From: Vitrella brassicaformis CCMP3155
Lineage: Eukaryota > Protista > Chromerida
Assembly (NCBI GenBank): GCA_001179505.1
Contig: CDMY01000327.1
Location: 1-64,000, forward strand
Length of the DNA stretch: 64,000 bases
Direction: 5' to 3'
The notes under the pieces were generated by a model. It had not been told where the DNA came from. It saw nothing but the letters and a program-made list of their open reading frames with translations, and made no database searches. Of this stretch, positions 1 to 12,454 are shown in pieces (within the stretch, counting starts at the first letter, position 1; every line of letters begins with the position of its first letter). The position numbers and the translations under genes were made by a program.

Positions 1-288
1 TCAACCCCCCCCTCCCCCCCACCCACCCATACCACCCTCACATCATCAACGACAACCCGCCCGTCAGGTCGCGAATCATGCGGCAGGGGGGCAGCTGGAC
101 AGCCGCCAATAGTCGGATGACCACTGATGCATCAGCGTCGGCGTTCATCATGAGCCTCATCATGGAGCCTCCACTGGCCAATTTGGTCGCAACTCCTCTC
201 GTTGAGGTTGACCGGTACACATGACACACCACACTCAGACACACAGATCCATGCGAACAGGTATCTGCTCTTTGTGTGGTTCTCTAGG

Positions 289-1253
289 CATGCTCATGGC
301 GGTGTGCTGGACGGCCTCCTGAACCACTCGCCCCACCAGCCGCCCAACGGATGCACAGCGGTCATGGCGAGTGACCATAGGCGCGACGGCATGGATCCCC
401 CTAGTGAGTTGCGGGATCTGCTGCTGACGTCGTTCGGCATGCTATTCGTCGCATATGTCGCTCTTGACAGCTCTGCCGACACGAACACAGGCAAGAAAGC
501 GATAAGAGGCCCTCTGTGCTGATTGAGCCATCCTTCCGGCGTGTGCTGTCCGCTGCCTGCAGTGAGTGTTATTGTCTTCACCACTGAGCCACCTGTGGGT
601 GGTGCATCTGATGCCTTCAAGGACCGCCGGCGCACTACCGCCCCTCTGGTGCGCGGCCTGCTGGGCAACGCCATCGCAGACATGGCGCTCAACCGAGGGG
701 AAGTGGAGGAAGACGACGAGGGTGAGTGAGCAGCCGGCTTCCTCTGTCTCTGTGTGTCGGATGAATCCGTATGTGTGTGTGTGTGTGTGTCGTGTACTGT
801 GCAGAGGACGGCGCGGACGATGGTGGTGACGACAACAGCGACAGCGATGAGGGTGAGAGGTGGGGATGTGTGTGGTTCGATGGGCTCACCTGTATGTCTG
901 CGATGTGTGTGTATCTACGCAGATATGGATAGCAATGGCGATAGCGATGGCCAGCAAGAGCAGCCGGAGGAGGACGATGAGGGTGAGCCAGATCAGCATG
1001 GCACTCACGCAATCACTGTGTGCCTTATGGATGGATGGACATGGATGTGTCAGATGAGGGTGTGGAGGAGGGGGAGGCCAAGAGAAGGAGGACCACAGAG
1101 TGATCGAGGGGGACACACGCGCCGTCGTGTGGGTGGTGCACTGATTGAGGATGGACAGGAGGACAACCGTAGACGTGTGCACAGACAGCGAGCGGCCGCC
1201 TCTGATGCATCCATGCAGTTGACAGATGCAGACCTTTGCATTGATTTGTCCAT
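289..1253 (+). pseudogene. Probably degraded member of a lineage-specific repeat gene family, with an acidic low-complexity tail
   Basis: ORFs 202..522 and 523..729 are in one frame separated by TGA at 520-522 (…DTNTGKKAIRGPLC*LSHP…FTTEPPVGGASDAFKDR…). Small acidic exons with GT-AG boundaries follow (e.g. gag g|gtgagt near 721). Family identity is from recollection only. Confidence 0.4.
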
Positions 1254-1389
1254 GTGTGTGACGAACCCTCTTTTGTGTGTGCATATGAACGGGTGCTTGG
1301 CGGTGGGTGGAACGGCTCTCCGTTTTGGTTGTCTGTGTCCACATCAGATCGGTGTGAATGACTGGGTGGACGCGTCAATCATCAATCAC

Positions 1390-2215
1390 GTGTGTATGTA
1401 TATTGCCTGTCGGCAATGAAGTGTCCGTCTCTCCTGACTAAACCACTCACACTCACACACATCGTCTCTTCTGCAGAGGTCACCGACATACTCACCCGAC
1501 CGATCGATATCGATCGCATTGACTGCAGAGCGGTCATATACAAATACGTATGTATATATGTGTGTGTGTGTGTGTGCAGACAGACACATCGGTATATATG
1601 GGGAGAAAGCCTCAACCAGATATGGACTCGGACACACACACCACAAACCGCACACACATCACCGCAGAAAGAAAGAGGGCACTCACACCTGTGTATGGCT
1701 CTGTGCGCGCGTGTCTGGGCGGGGTGGGTGGCTGGGTGGCTAACCTTTGCCTCCGAGAAATCCCTGCCAGTCGAACTTGCTCGACCCCAACCGAGCAGCT
1801 GACAAGAACACACACACACACACACACACGTGTGTGTTTGCGTATACACGTCGACTGGCTGACCTTTTGCGTCTGTTTGGTTGACTTGCGTGGCGTTGAC
1901 ACAGTCGCCGTCGACACACACGGCGTCGGGCGGACAGCTGACCCACCGGCACTTAAAGTTGACAGCCTGCATTGCATTGGATTGGATTGCATTCACACAC
2001 ACATCCCTCTGCTGCTGTGTGTGTGGCTGTGTGTGTGTGTTGGTTGGGGGAATGGAATAAGCAGGATTGTGTTGGTGGACGCACGTCGTCGGGTGTGAGT
2101 GGCTGTGCCCTGCAGTTGCCGAAGACGCAATGTGGCCGGTCCTTGGGGCATGTGACGAACTTGCAGTACATCTCGTTGTTGTTCACGAAGGCGCCCTGCC
2201 AGCCACTGCTGTCTG

Positions 2216-2249
<34 letters not shown>

Positions 2250-3935
2250 TGCACACCACGATCGCATCTCATGCTGTCTGTCCATCTCTGTGTGTCTGCC
2301 CCCTTTCGCACTTGTGTCCATCCAGTCGGTGAAGGACTGCCAGTCGAAGTACTGCCCGCCCTGCCTCTGCACATTGGCCGCCGGCAAGGTCGTCTCGTCC
2401 ATCTTGCTCACCTTGCCCCCAGACGGCGTCCGGCCAGGCACAAAGTGCTGCCAATCCCCACCAGACACCCCCAGCAGATTCGTCGGCTGCACACTTGCTG
2501 AACAAAACAATGCCATCCATTAGCACATTATTTTTGGTCGCCCGTGGATCAGCGGCATACTTGCTCCAGTCGTAGAAAGACCGCCCCTGCTGCTGCCCAC
2601 CCATCTCCCCCCACCACTGGCAGCCGGTCACGTCCCACCGCTGCCCCCACCCATGTATTTCTTCCAGTCGAACGACTCAGTGGTGCCGAACGCGTCACGT
2701 TCCTCCGCACGGACGAGGGTCTCTGATTCTGGCGGCCATCCGTCTGCGTGGCGGGTGGCCTTGGCGGCTTTCCGATAGTTGGGGGGGACGAACTGATGGA
2801 TAAAGGAATGAAGGAATGATTGACCCGTGTGTGTGTGTGGTTGGTGGGGTGGGGTGGGGGGGCCAGAGGGGGCGGGTAAGTGGTACCTTTTGCCAGGCGG
2901 GTAAGTTGATGGGGATGTTCCGCTTCTGGAACTTCTTGTAATCCCCGTGTTTCTTGCCGCTGTCCTCGACCAGCACCACACACACACACACACGCACACA
3001 CGCATGACGACACACATCCATCTACCCATCCACGTGCAGCATACCGCCTCTTCCTTCTTAAATTCGTGTGCAGGCGCCTTGGTGGTAGTGGTAGTGGTGG
3101 TGGTGGTTGTTGTGGTTGTGGTTGTGCTGGCCTGGCTCTTCTTGTGGTGTGAAGCAGCAGCAGGGGGCGATGGTGGCGGTGATGGTGATGGTGCTGCTGG
3201 TGGGGGTATGGGCACGTGCTCCGGCACAAACGGCAGAGGGGCGGGCGGGGGCGGGACCTTGCCAGCTTCCTTCTCACGTTCTTTCTCTCCCCTTCCCTCT
3301 TTCTCCTTCTGTGGCTTGCCCGTCGGCCTTGCCGCTGCCGCTGCCGCCTCCGCTTTCTTGTGTGTGGTGGGCACCTCTGTCTTTGGCTGTGGGTGGTGCG
3401 ATGACTGGCAAGGTGACGGAGGGGGGCATTGTGGGCATGGTGTGGGAGGGGGTGGGAGTGGGGCTTCCTTGGCGGCGGCTTCCTTCGCTTCGCTTTGGTT
3501 TGTTGCTGTGAGTGCTGAGCCTGGCTGGTGCGTGAGGCCTCCTCCTTCTTCTCCAGCTTGAAGGTATCCTCAGCCTGACAACCACACACACACACGCACG
3601 TACACATACACATACACATGGATGGGCCACAAGCACCAAGGTGTTACACCTTGGTTACATACCCGTTTCCGGTCAGGCGACTTCATCGGTTGCTGCCAGG
3701 CTGTGGCTGGGTGTGGGTGTGGGTGCCAGTGCGTGTGGCGGCCAGCTGCTGCTGCTGCTGTTTGGGCGATGGTGCTGATCCAGCGACACAGAGAGAGCAG
3801 TTGCACGTCAGGTGTGTGTAGGTGCGTTGGGGGGGTGGGAGGGGGGAATGGTGTGGGTCGCTTACTTGTGGGGGCATACGAGCGTTTGGCAGCCTTGGCG
3901 TAGCCCTTGGGCAGAAACTTCTCCCACCCATAGCT

Positions 3936-3966
<31 letters not shown>

Positions 3967-4410
3967 CACAGACACACACACAGACACAGACACAGACACA
4001 GAGAGGCAGTCACAATCACGTGTCGATACATACAGTTTGCCTACCTACCTAGGCTGCTGCTTTGTCTTCTTTCCTTGTCGTCCTTCTCGTCCTCCTCCTT
4101 TGCTTTGCTCTTCTTGCTCCTTTTGTCTGTGTCGGCGGTGTCGGTATCGGCCCTATGAGATGGGTGCACGGGATCGTAGTGCTCGGAAGGAGGGGAACTC
4201 GCCGCTGTCTGCACCGCACCCAGCCACACACGCAGGTACGCGCAGCGCAACAGACGTGTGAATGGCATGGCCACCAACCATTGGAGAAGGAGGGCGTCTT
4301 GGTGTCGTTGATTTCGTTGACTGTCTTGAGCTCGTCTGCCACCTTCTTGGGCGGGATCACAAATTGGCGGTCAGCTTTGTCGGACGATGACTTCAGAGCG
4401 CCTGAAGCGT
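1390..4410 (-). CDS. Multi-exon hypothetical protein: Lys/Glu/Pro/Thr-rich, repeated [FY]-D-W-x-x-[FY] motifs, two 4-Cys repeats
   Basis: Spliced exons read …SYGWEKFLPKGYAKAAK…, …PAWQK|FVPPNYRKAAK…FDWKKYM…, YDWSKY, GDWQHF, FDWQSF, MYCKFVTCPKDRPHCVFGNC, FKCRWVSCPPDAVCVDGDC, FDWQGF. Start, end and some junctions are unresolved. Confidence 0.55.
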
Positions 4411-5660
4411 GTGCACATCCAATGGTGTCTGTGAGTATAGCGGCTGCTCTTGGTGCTGCTGCTGTTCCTTGGTGTAGATGAAGAACTTCTGCGTGTAGGC
4501 GGTGCCTTTGTAGGTGGTCATCAGCGCGTCAACCACCTCATCACACACACAAGCACACACACACAGAGAGAGATGAGTGTGCGCATGGGCACACCAACAC
4601 GCGCACCGCCACACGAGTGCGTCCCCATGGTACCTTACCTACAGCTGGTCGTATCCTGCGTCTGTGCAGGTCCCTCGCCCGAAGAGGACGATCAGACTCT
4701 CGGGCAAACAGGTTTCCTGCGCACACACGCAATTGATGTGTGTGTGCAGACAGACAGACTGACACTACATCAATGCCCTCAAACACTGATGCCCACTCAT
4801 CCGCCCAAGGGACCATTAAGTGGCCATGAGGGTTCTCAGCCCGCCCCGTGAACAGAGGCCCACTGACCCGCCGAAGAGACCGCGAAGAGCTCATGAATTG
4901 GCCCAATGGACGGCTGCTCGATCCCTCCTGCTCCACTTGCTCGAGTGCCGGCAGTTGCCACCCCCTCTGGGCGAGTTCCTGGTGGTCAGCAGTGAGGCCG
5001 ACGACACGCGTGAGCGCATGCAGCGTCGGGGGAGGGCTGGGAAGAGACGGAAGGGGCGGTTCCTCGCGTGTAACGGTCCTCATGTCCCTGTTGGCCAGGT
5101 CGATTCCTCCGAAGCTGATGTTGCGCAGCGTCCCTCCTGGCATGCCGCCTGCCTGTCGCCCGGCAGCGTGTCCCTCTACCATGGCTACGAAGACGTCCAG
5201 ACACCATGCACACCACGACAGGCCGCTGGGGTAGCAAAGGGTGATGGACGTGAGAGCCGCGTGAGAAGCGCCCCAAGCTGACTGACGAGAGTGACGGGGA
5301 CTCGCTGCCACACCGACCGCTCCTCCTGGGTGCCGCAGCTGATGGTGAGGTGCGTGTGTTCCGGCGCGGCATGCTGGAAGATGTCCTTGGACAGCTGCAC
5401 CAGCAAGTAGAGGGGCAGGAAGGCCACAATACTAACGAGGAGGCCAGGCTGGGAAAACAAAAAGAAATGCCATCTATCTATGCCTTTGTGGCTGTCCCTC
5501 TTTGGTGTGGTGTGGTGCTCTTGCCTCGTCAGTGATCTGGTGGATCAGGTTCCTCTCCCTCTCTGCCCGTCGCTGCCGCTCCTCATCAGAACTGGCGGCA
5601 GCAGCAGCCGCGGCAGCTGGAGCAGCTGGGCGAGCCCTCTTGGCCTGCATGCAAACATAC
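4393..5660 (-). CDS. Lineage-specific hypothetical protein (F-box/LRR-like expanded family); boundaries uncertain
   Basis: Exon-like segments RRAERERNLIHQITDE, LVSIVAFLPLYLLVQLSKDIF…HTHLTISCGTQEERSVWQRVP and the long ORF 4541..5311 (LPSPPPTLHALTRVVGL…ELAQRGWQLPALEQVEQ), separated by microsatellite introns. Confidence 0.45.
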
Positions 5661-5991
5661 ATACATCCATCCATCCACGGCACACACAGACAGGTTGAAG
5701 GGGTGGCAGACACTCCAAGATCCTTAACGCCCGGTGTGCTCACCTTCCTTCCATCCATTACGTCCCACAAGCTACTGGGCCTGAAAGATCCATCCCTGAG
5801 TATTCATCAGCCCCATTCATTGTACAAAGCTGTTTTCAGGCGGGCCGCCTAGGGTGCGCCATGAAACCGCTGGGGAGATGAGGAAAACTGAAGGGAAGAG
5901 GAAAAAGGAGGATTGTGCGATGCAGGAGGCTTGTCTTGGAAGTGTGTGAGCTTGGGGTGGATCGTGGCTGTTTGTTTCGCGTTTTCTCTCG

Positions 5992-8166
5992 ATGGAGGGT
6001 TCGGTGACGTATCTGGCGTTCAACCAGGACTGCACGTGTCTCGCGGTGGGCACCCGTGGCGGCTTCTCCATCTATGGGTGTGATCCCTTCCAGCTGCTGT
6101 ACCGCGAGGAGGGCAGCTCCATCAGCGTCGTCGAGATGCTCTACTGCACCAGCCTCGTGGCCGTCGTGGGCTCGGGCGACACTCCCAGCAGCTCCTGCCG
6201 CCAGCTGACCCTCTACAACACCAAGGAGCGGAAGGCCATCATGCGCATGAACTTCAGCACCATGATCACGGCGGTCAGGATGAACCAGAAGCGGCTGGTG
6301 GTGCTGCTCAGCCAGAAGATACACTTCTTCGACCTCAAGAGCATGCATGCCCTCCACTGCATCGAGCGAATCGCACACACGAGCGTCGACCCGGCGCTTT
6401 GTGCGCTGTCTTCATCGCTCGACAGAGGTGAGATGATGAGACCACAGACATAGGCAGGTCATTAGCATATCCACGACGGCCTTGATGCGACATTTGTGTA
6501 TGTGTGGCTGGATCAGGTGTGTTGGCGACCCCCACTGTGTCGGACCCACCTGCAGGCCTGATATCGCTGCTCGACACCCACACACTGAAGCCCCTCGGGA
6601 ACACTCTGGCGCACCACTCCCCTCTCAAGGCCATCTGCCTCAACCAGAGCGGCACGCTGCTCGCATCGGCCTCGTCTAAGGTCGGTGGGCGAGCCCGATA
6701 CATGGAGGAAGGGATATGAGTGCACGAGTGGATGTTCCCGGCTTGTCTTTTGTTTATAGGGCACCGTTATTCGTGTGTTCTCTGTCCCAAGTTTGGATCG
6801 CATAGCAACTTTCAGAAGGTCAGCCAAAAGAGAGAGAGATAATCGTCGCCTGCATGACGGATGGATCTGCTTGTCTCGCTTGCTTTGCAGGGGCACAGTT
6901 GAGTGTTCCATCTACAGCCTGTCGTTTTCCCGCGACAACCTCTTCCTCACGGCCACGGGCTCATCCGGCACCATACACATCTTCAAGGCGCCAGACGAGG
7001 CCCTTCCCCCGACACCCAACGGCCGCGACCACACCTCCACACGGCCACCGATGCACCGCACAAGCGGCGGCTGGACCGACACCAGCAGCGGTGGCCCGAC
7101 CAGCTACGCCCGGCCGAATGGAGTGCATAACGGTGCTGCGGGGAGCAGCAGCAGCAGTAGGGCCAGTGACGATGCCAGTGGCGGTCCGTTTTTCCGCCCG
7201 TCCCCCTCCCCGCCCCCCATCTCATCCGCCCACCGGCACGACCGCACCGACCCCTCCACGTCTCCCCTGCTGTCGCTGGCATCGCAGGCGACGGCCGCAT
7301 CCATGGCAAGCGTCGCATCCATGGCCAGCGGGGTGGCCAACGCCGCCTCGACGACCTTCTCGACCACCCTGATGAACTATTTGCCGGCCAGCTGTAGGGA
7401 TCTCTTCGATGCGACGCGCTGCTTCGCGTGGACCAAACTGAAGACGCCACCTGAGTGAGCTAGTGGGGTTGGAAGTCGGGGAGAGAGAGGGAGAGAGAAC
7501 ACCGGACATCATTCTCCTCTTTGTCTGTGTCTGTGTGTGCCACCTTCCCTGATTTGTCTGTCAGTTTGCCGTCGATCGCTACGGTGAATTACAAGGCGGC
7601 CACGGGCATGTATGAGCTGGTGGTGGCGTGCATGTCGGGATGCGCCTACGTCTACGAGTGGAGTGCTGACACAGGCGGAGAATGCAGGTAGGGGAGAAAC
7701 CGAACCTGTCGAATCGCACCGCACACCACGGGGCGGCACTCATCCACGATAAGCTGCCCTGCCTGTGGTTATCGTTGACCTGGTGCTGCCTGCTGTGCTG
7801 TTCAGGTTGCGTGCTGAGCATTTCCTGCGTTCCTCCCTGCAATCGTACGACCTGTTCAACTCCTACCGGGCAGCCAACCACTCCTCGTCGCTCCCCTGCA
7901 GCCCCCCCGAGCACCCCACACACACAGCAGAAGATGAGCCACCTTCGGCTGCGCACCAGCCCCCTTCATCGCCACCACAGTGCCCCCCATCATCTGCAGT
8001 GCCACAGCAAGAGCAGCACCAGCAGCAGCATGCCCCGCCACCAGCGGGTGACAGGAGCGACAGCACGAGCACGAGCGACCACTCGAGCACCGATGCCGAT
8101 CTGATGGCTGCTGGGGCGGCGGCGGAGGGGATCCAGGGGATGCAGGGCAAGGGGGGTGTAACATAG
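5992..8166 (+). CDS. ATG18: Autophagy PROPPIN, ATG18/WIPI family WD40 propeller
   Basis: join(5992..6427,6517..6680,6760..6818,6891..7454,7565..7687,7806..8166); all junctions GT-AG and in frame. Motifs: LAFNQDCTCLAVGT…[87 protein letters not shown]. Confidence 0.95.
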
Positions 8167-8191
8167 ATATCAAACGACGTGTGTGGGGGGG

Positions 8192-8491
8192 NNNNNNNNN
8201 NNNNNNNNNNNNNNNNNNNNNNNNNNNNNNNNNNNNNNNNNNNNNNNNNNNNNNNNNNNNNNNNNNNNNNNNNNNNNNNNNNNNNNNNNNNNNNNNNNNN
8301 NNNNNNNNNNNNNNNNNNNNNNNNNNNNNNNNNNNNNNNNNNNNNNNNNNNNNNNNNNNNNNNNNNNNNNNNNNNNNNNNNNNNNNNNNNNNNNNNNNNN
8401 NNNNNNNNNNNNNNNNNNNNNNNNNNNNNNNNNNNNNNNNNNNNNNNNNNNNNNNNNNNNNNNNNNNNNNNNNNNNNNNNNNNNNNNNNNN
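8192..8491. other. Assembly gap (300 N) flanked by poly-G
   Basis: N run with G tracts on both sides. Confidence 0.99.
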
Positions 8492-9483
8492 GGGGGGGGG
8501 GGGGGGGGGGGGGTCGTGGTTAAAAGTAAAGTCTTGATGTTGACCGATTGATTCATTAATCCGTTCATTGTGGGTAGTTAGGGGTCAGACTGTCGATGTG
8601 TCTGTGGCGGCACCATTGATGCGATGCGTGGATTGATGGAATGGAATGCAGAGGAAGAGGCTGCCACTTGGTTCCATGGACGTGAGACATTTTCTCAACC
8701 ACGGGGGGATTGCTGTGCGCTGTCGACAGTGGTCTCTGTTGGCTGCTTTTCTGTCCCTGTCCTGTACCATAATGATGCATTGCATGCTCACCCATGACAT
8801 ACGTATGCCCACCACACTCACACCCCGGCCCCCACTGTAATGTTGTATTGCAAGGCTCGTTTTACCTCCCGAGTCAGTCGACTGGTCGTCGTGTTGACAC
8901 GCCTACATGTTCGATCGGTCTGTTGGTGCACACCCGTTTCTGTCGGGGGTTTCTGGTCACCCTGGGTCACCAGCAGTCTTCCTTCTCTCGTCACGGTGAG
9001 AGGAAGCTGCAGGTTGCCCAGCCGAGGCTGAAACCCTCACAGATGAGATGAGCGGCGCTGTGTCTATCGATCAGCGGCAGACACGCAGTCAGTACAAATA
9101 TAGATTGCTGGGGTCATTTGCTGGACGTCTGCTTACTCTACGTGTGCTGACCGATTGGATTGCTCATCACGATGAATAAAATGGATGGAGGGATGGATCA
9201 AGGTTTGTCCTTCACTGCTGACCCGCACGCACTGCTGTCTCCAGATGGATCCATGTGGAGACAAAAGCGGATGAGGACCAGCGAAGGCGTATCTCACACG
9301 ACATGACGGCACTCACATCGTCCAACAAAGCCAGTGTAGCCGCACAAAAACGGCGACTAACCGGCCAGCTCTCCCACACCGACACAGAAACGTCTCACAG
9401 AGACAGGCACACAGGCACGGTTCACCTCAATGGCCTTCCGCCAAATGCCTTACTCACACACAGCCAGAGAACCCACGAGCGCA

Positions 9484-11313
9484 TCAGCTGCTGCCTCCCA
9501 TCCCGACTGTCCTCGGCAGCACAAAATCCCGCTTATGCGACAGCTTCGGCCGCTTGGACAGGATGGCGTCAATGGCAGACACGTCAGCGGGTCGCAAAGC
9601 AGCGTACTGGCCGGGCTTGAGTGAACGACGCTGGCTGACGGCGGCTGAACCCTTCACGTCGTGAGCATCCTCACGGAGCGCTGAGCGCATCGTCTCAGTC
9701 GGAGAGGTCCTCTGAGAGAGAGGAACGGCGCACGACAAACACTGAATGTCAGTCAGTGCTCTTTTCGTGGTTTTAGCCGTGAGCTCACCTCCGCAACGGC
9801 CGCCAGCTCGTCGAACCCAGACGCGGAGAGAACAGCGGCAATGGTCTGGAAAGGTGTCGCACACAAGTCCTCGTAGCGCACACATGCCTGGACGGGCATC
9901 GCCTGGCCCTCGTGCTGCCGAACCACATCGCCGATCTCCTCCATGCAGTCAATCTGAACGAAGAGTCAGTAATTCCACACAATCAACATATGCAAATTAC
10001 TCGATTGTCTCGGTCTTGCCTCTCCCATACCACACCCTCCCTTCCACCCACCCATTCAGTGGCTGAGTGAGAGGCCTGGCGTGCCCATGTTGGCCAGCGC
10101 CGCATACATGCCCGGATCCTTCATGCAGCGGGACATCATGCGCATCACACGCCACAGCTCCCCTGAGCCGAAGTAGCGGTCGAGATGCAGCCGTCTCATA
10201 AGCCGCGCCGGCGGGAAGTACGCCAGGATCATGGCCGTGAAGGAGTCCAGGGTGTCGTGGGCGTTGCGGTAGAGCATCACACCCTTGGCCTCGGGCAACG
10301 CCTGGTGCAGCATGTCGACGGCCAGGCAGCTGACCGACCGGAACTTGATCACCAGCACTCGGGACGAGGGGAGGCCGCCACTGAGAGAGCGTTGAAGATA
10401 CTGCTGCTGGTAGAGCAGGAGCCAGGCTGCGGTGCTTCGCAGGATGGCGCACCAGATCTCTCGCTGTGCCATCTCGTTTCGGTCTGGCGGGGGGAGGCCG
10501 GGGATGCTCGGGATGACCTGAGCCTCGTAGAGGGGGACGGAAGTGATGACGTCGGGCTCAGACAGCGATGTGATTCCTTGGCCAATGGTCGAGAGTATTT
10601 TGCTGAAGAAGGTGGAGCCACACCTGCCCGTGTTGTAGAGCAGCATCACGTTGGGCAGCTGCGAGGGAAAGTCGACATCAAAACCGGCGTTGGAGCCGGT
10701 GGCCAGGCAGCCTCGGACCACTGACGGATCGAGGATCTTGACGAAATCGTCTGCATGGAAAGGGCAAGGAAATAAGGACGGTTGACCTCTGTCTGTCTGT
10801 GATGTTTGTTCCTCACGATATGGGAGTGAGGCCATTCTGCAACTATGTTGCCGCTGGGCCACGTAGACAAACTCCTAAACACACACACACAGAAGGACAC
10901 ACAGCTGACAAATGGCATTGATGGCATGAGTACTGATGCGCTAACCGCAGTTGTCAAGTCGACGTCGGCAGGCGTCTCCACCATGACCACAAACCGCCCG
11001 GCTGCCTCCACACAGAAGGGCGTCCAGTAGCTGTTGGCCGAGCCGCTCACCACCATCTGCACAAACTCCGCAAAGCTCATGGCCTGCTCGACGCTGATGT
11101 CCTCTCCCAGGTCCCGCATGTCCACCAGATCAAAGATCTGCGTCGCCTTGATCTTGGTGCGGCTGGAGATGATGCACGGCTTGAGGCACAGTGCTGCAGC
11201 ACTTGCAAGTAGCGCTGCTTCTGCCTCGTGCGGCGCCTCCGGTGGAGCAACACGAGGACAGAGGCTGCTGCAGCACTGAGGCCGAGCGCGGTCAACCAGC
11301 GGGGTTCGAGCAT
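9484..11313 (-). CDS. Sulfotransferase-fold (P-loop, PAPS-binding-like) protein, multi-exon
   Basis: 5'-PSB-like MLLYNTGRCGSTFFSKIL, SEPD, 3'-PB-like MLYRNAHDTLDSF, and CVRYEDL. Hydrophobic N-terminus MLEPRWLTALGLSAAAASVLVLLHRRRR from ATG 11313. The link between the N-terminus and the core needs a frame change (see findings). Confidence 0.7.
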
Positions 11314-11606
11314 GATGCAGAAAAATGGGCGGAAGGGAATCAGACGAGAGATCTCGCACCCGCGAGGCACAGTGATGAGTCAGAAGACGCCAAGGACCTT
11401 GTATCCTGTTTGCATGCAAGCTCGCAATTATTCGACCGGGAGCTCGCAGTCGTGAAGCGAAAGAAGAGCGACTTTTGGCGCCTGACTCAGCTTCCTCAAG
11501 CAAGCACGAGTCGACTGCTATCTGTTTTGACTGTTGCCAATCATTCGGTCGTCTGACGCTCACTGGACGCTCATCCTCCAGCGAACAGCACACCCTTCCT
11601 TACAGC

Positions 11607-12417
11607 ATGAAAGGTCCCTCCGAACCGTCCCTCACCGCCAAGAGCCCGGCAGACAGCGGCACTCAGACAGACAAGCCCTGGCACTGGCAGATCAACGTGG
11701 GCGGCATCACCATGGAGTTCCCTCGTGATTTGCTGCTCCAAGATGGCCTCAAGGACAGATGTTTGGCTGTGCTGCTGAACCGCTTCGATGAGTCGCTGCT
11801 CAAGGACACCGACGGCATCCCCTTCATCGACGCTGACCCTCGCTACTTCATCTGGTGGGCGGGAAGCAATAAGGCATGATGTTCGGCGACGTGTGCGGCG
11901 GATTGATCTTTTGTGTGTCTGTGTGTGTGTCAAGAATTTCGGTCTCCTCAAGGCGGGTTTCATCAAGGGCATCCAGCTGTTCTCTGACGACTCCCCCACT
12001 CACGCCTTCTACCACGACCGATTCTTCGCCAAGACGACACTCAGCATGACGCCACAGGACGACAAGCGCAGTGAGGCCTTCCAGAACTTCATGGCGGTGA
12101 TGGGTGGCTTCATCAAGTCATCAGTCGGCGGGACGGGCGGCTATGAGGTGCTGAGCGTACGTGTGAACGGCACTACCGTGGCCACCACTGATGCCACTCT
12201 GGACGACCACAGCACATTGAAGGACCGATTCAACAAGTGGGTCAATGAGCATTGCAGAGAAGGAGGAAGGAGATGACGTAGTAGTCACTGGATTTGCCGC
12301 TCTGTGTTCGTGTGTGTGTAGGTATGGGGGGCCCGTCGACGACGTGTCCATTGAGCACTTCCACAAGTAACACCAAACACCGCGGCCACACAATGAGGTC
12401 ACGCATTCATCCTTGCC

Positions 12418-12454
<37 letters not shown>

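Noticed and set aside
8170-8568. ORFs spanning the N runs (also 16869..17522)
   Set aside because: Artefacts of translating assembly gaps.
9255-9620. Plus-strand 121-aa ORF METKADED…
   Set aside because: Overlaps the 3' end of the sulfotransferase-like gene, has no recognisable motif and no clear splice support.
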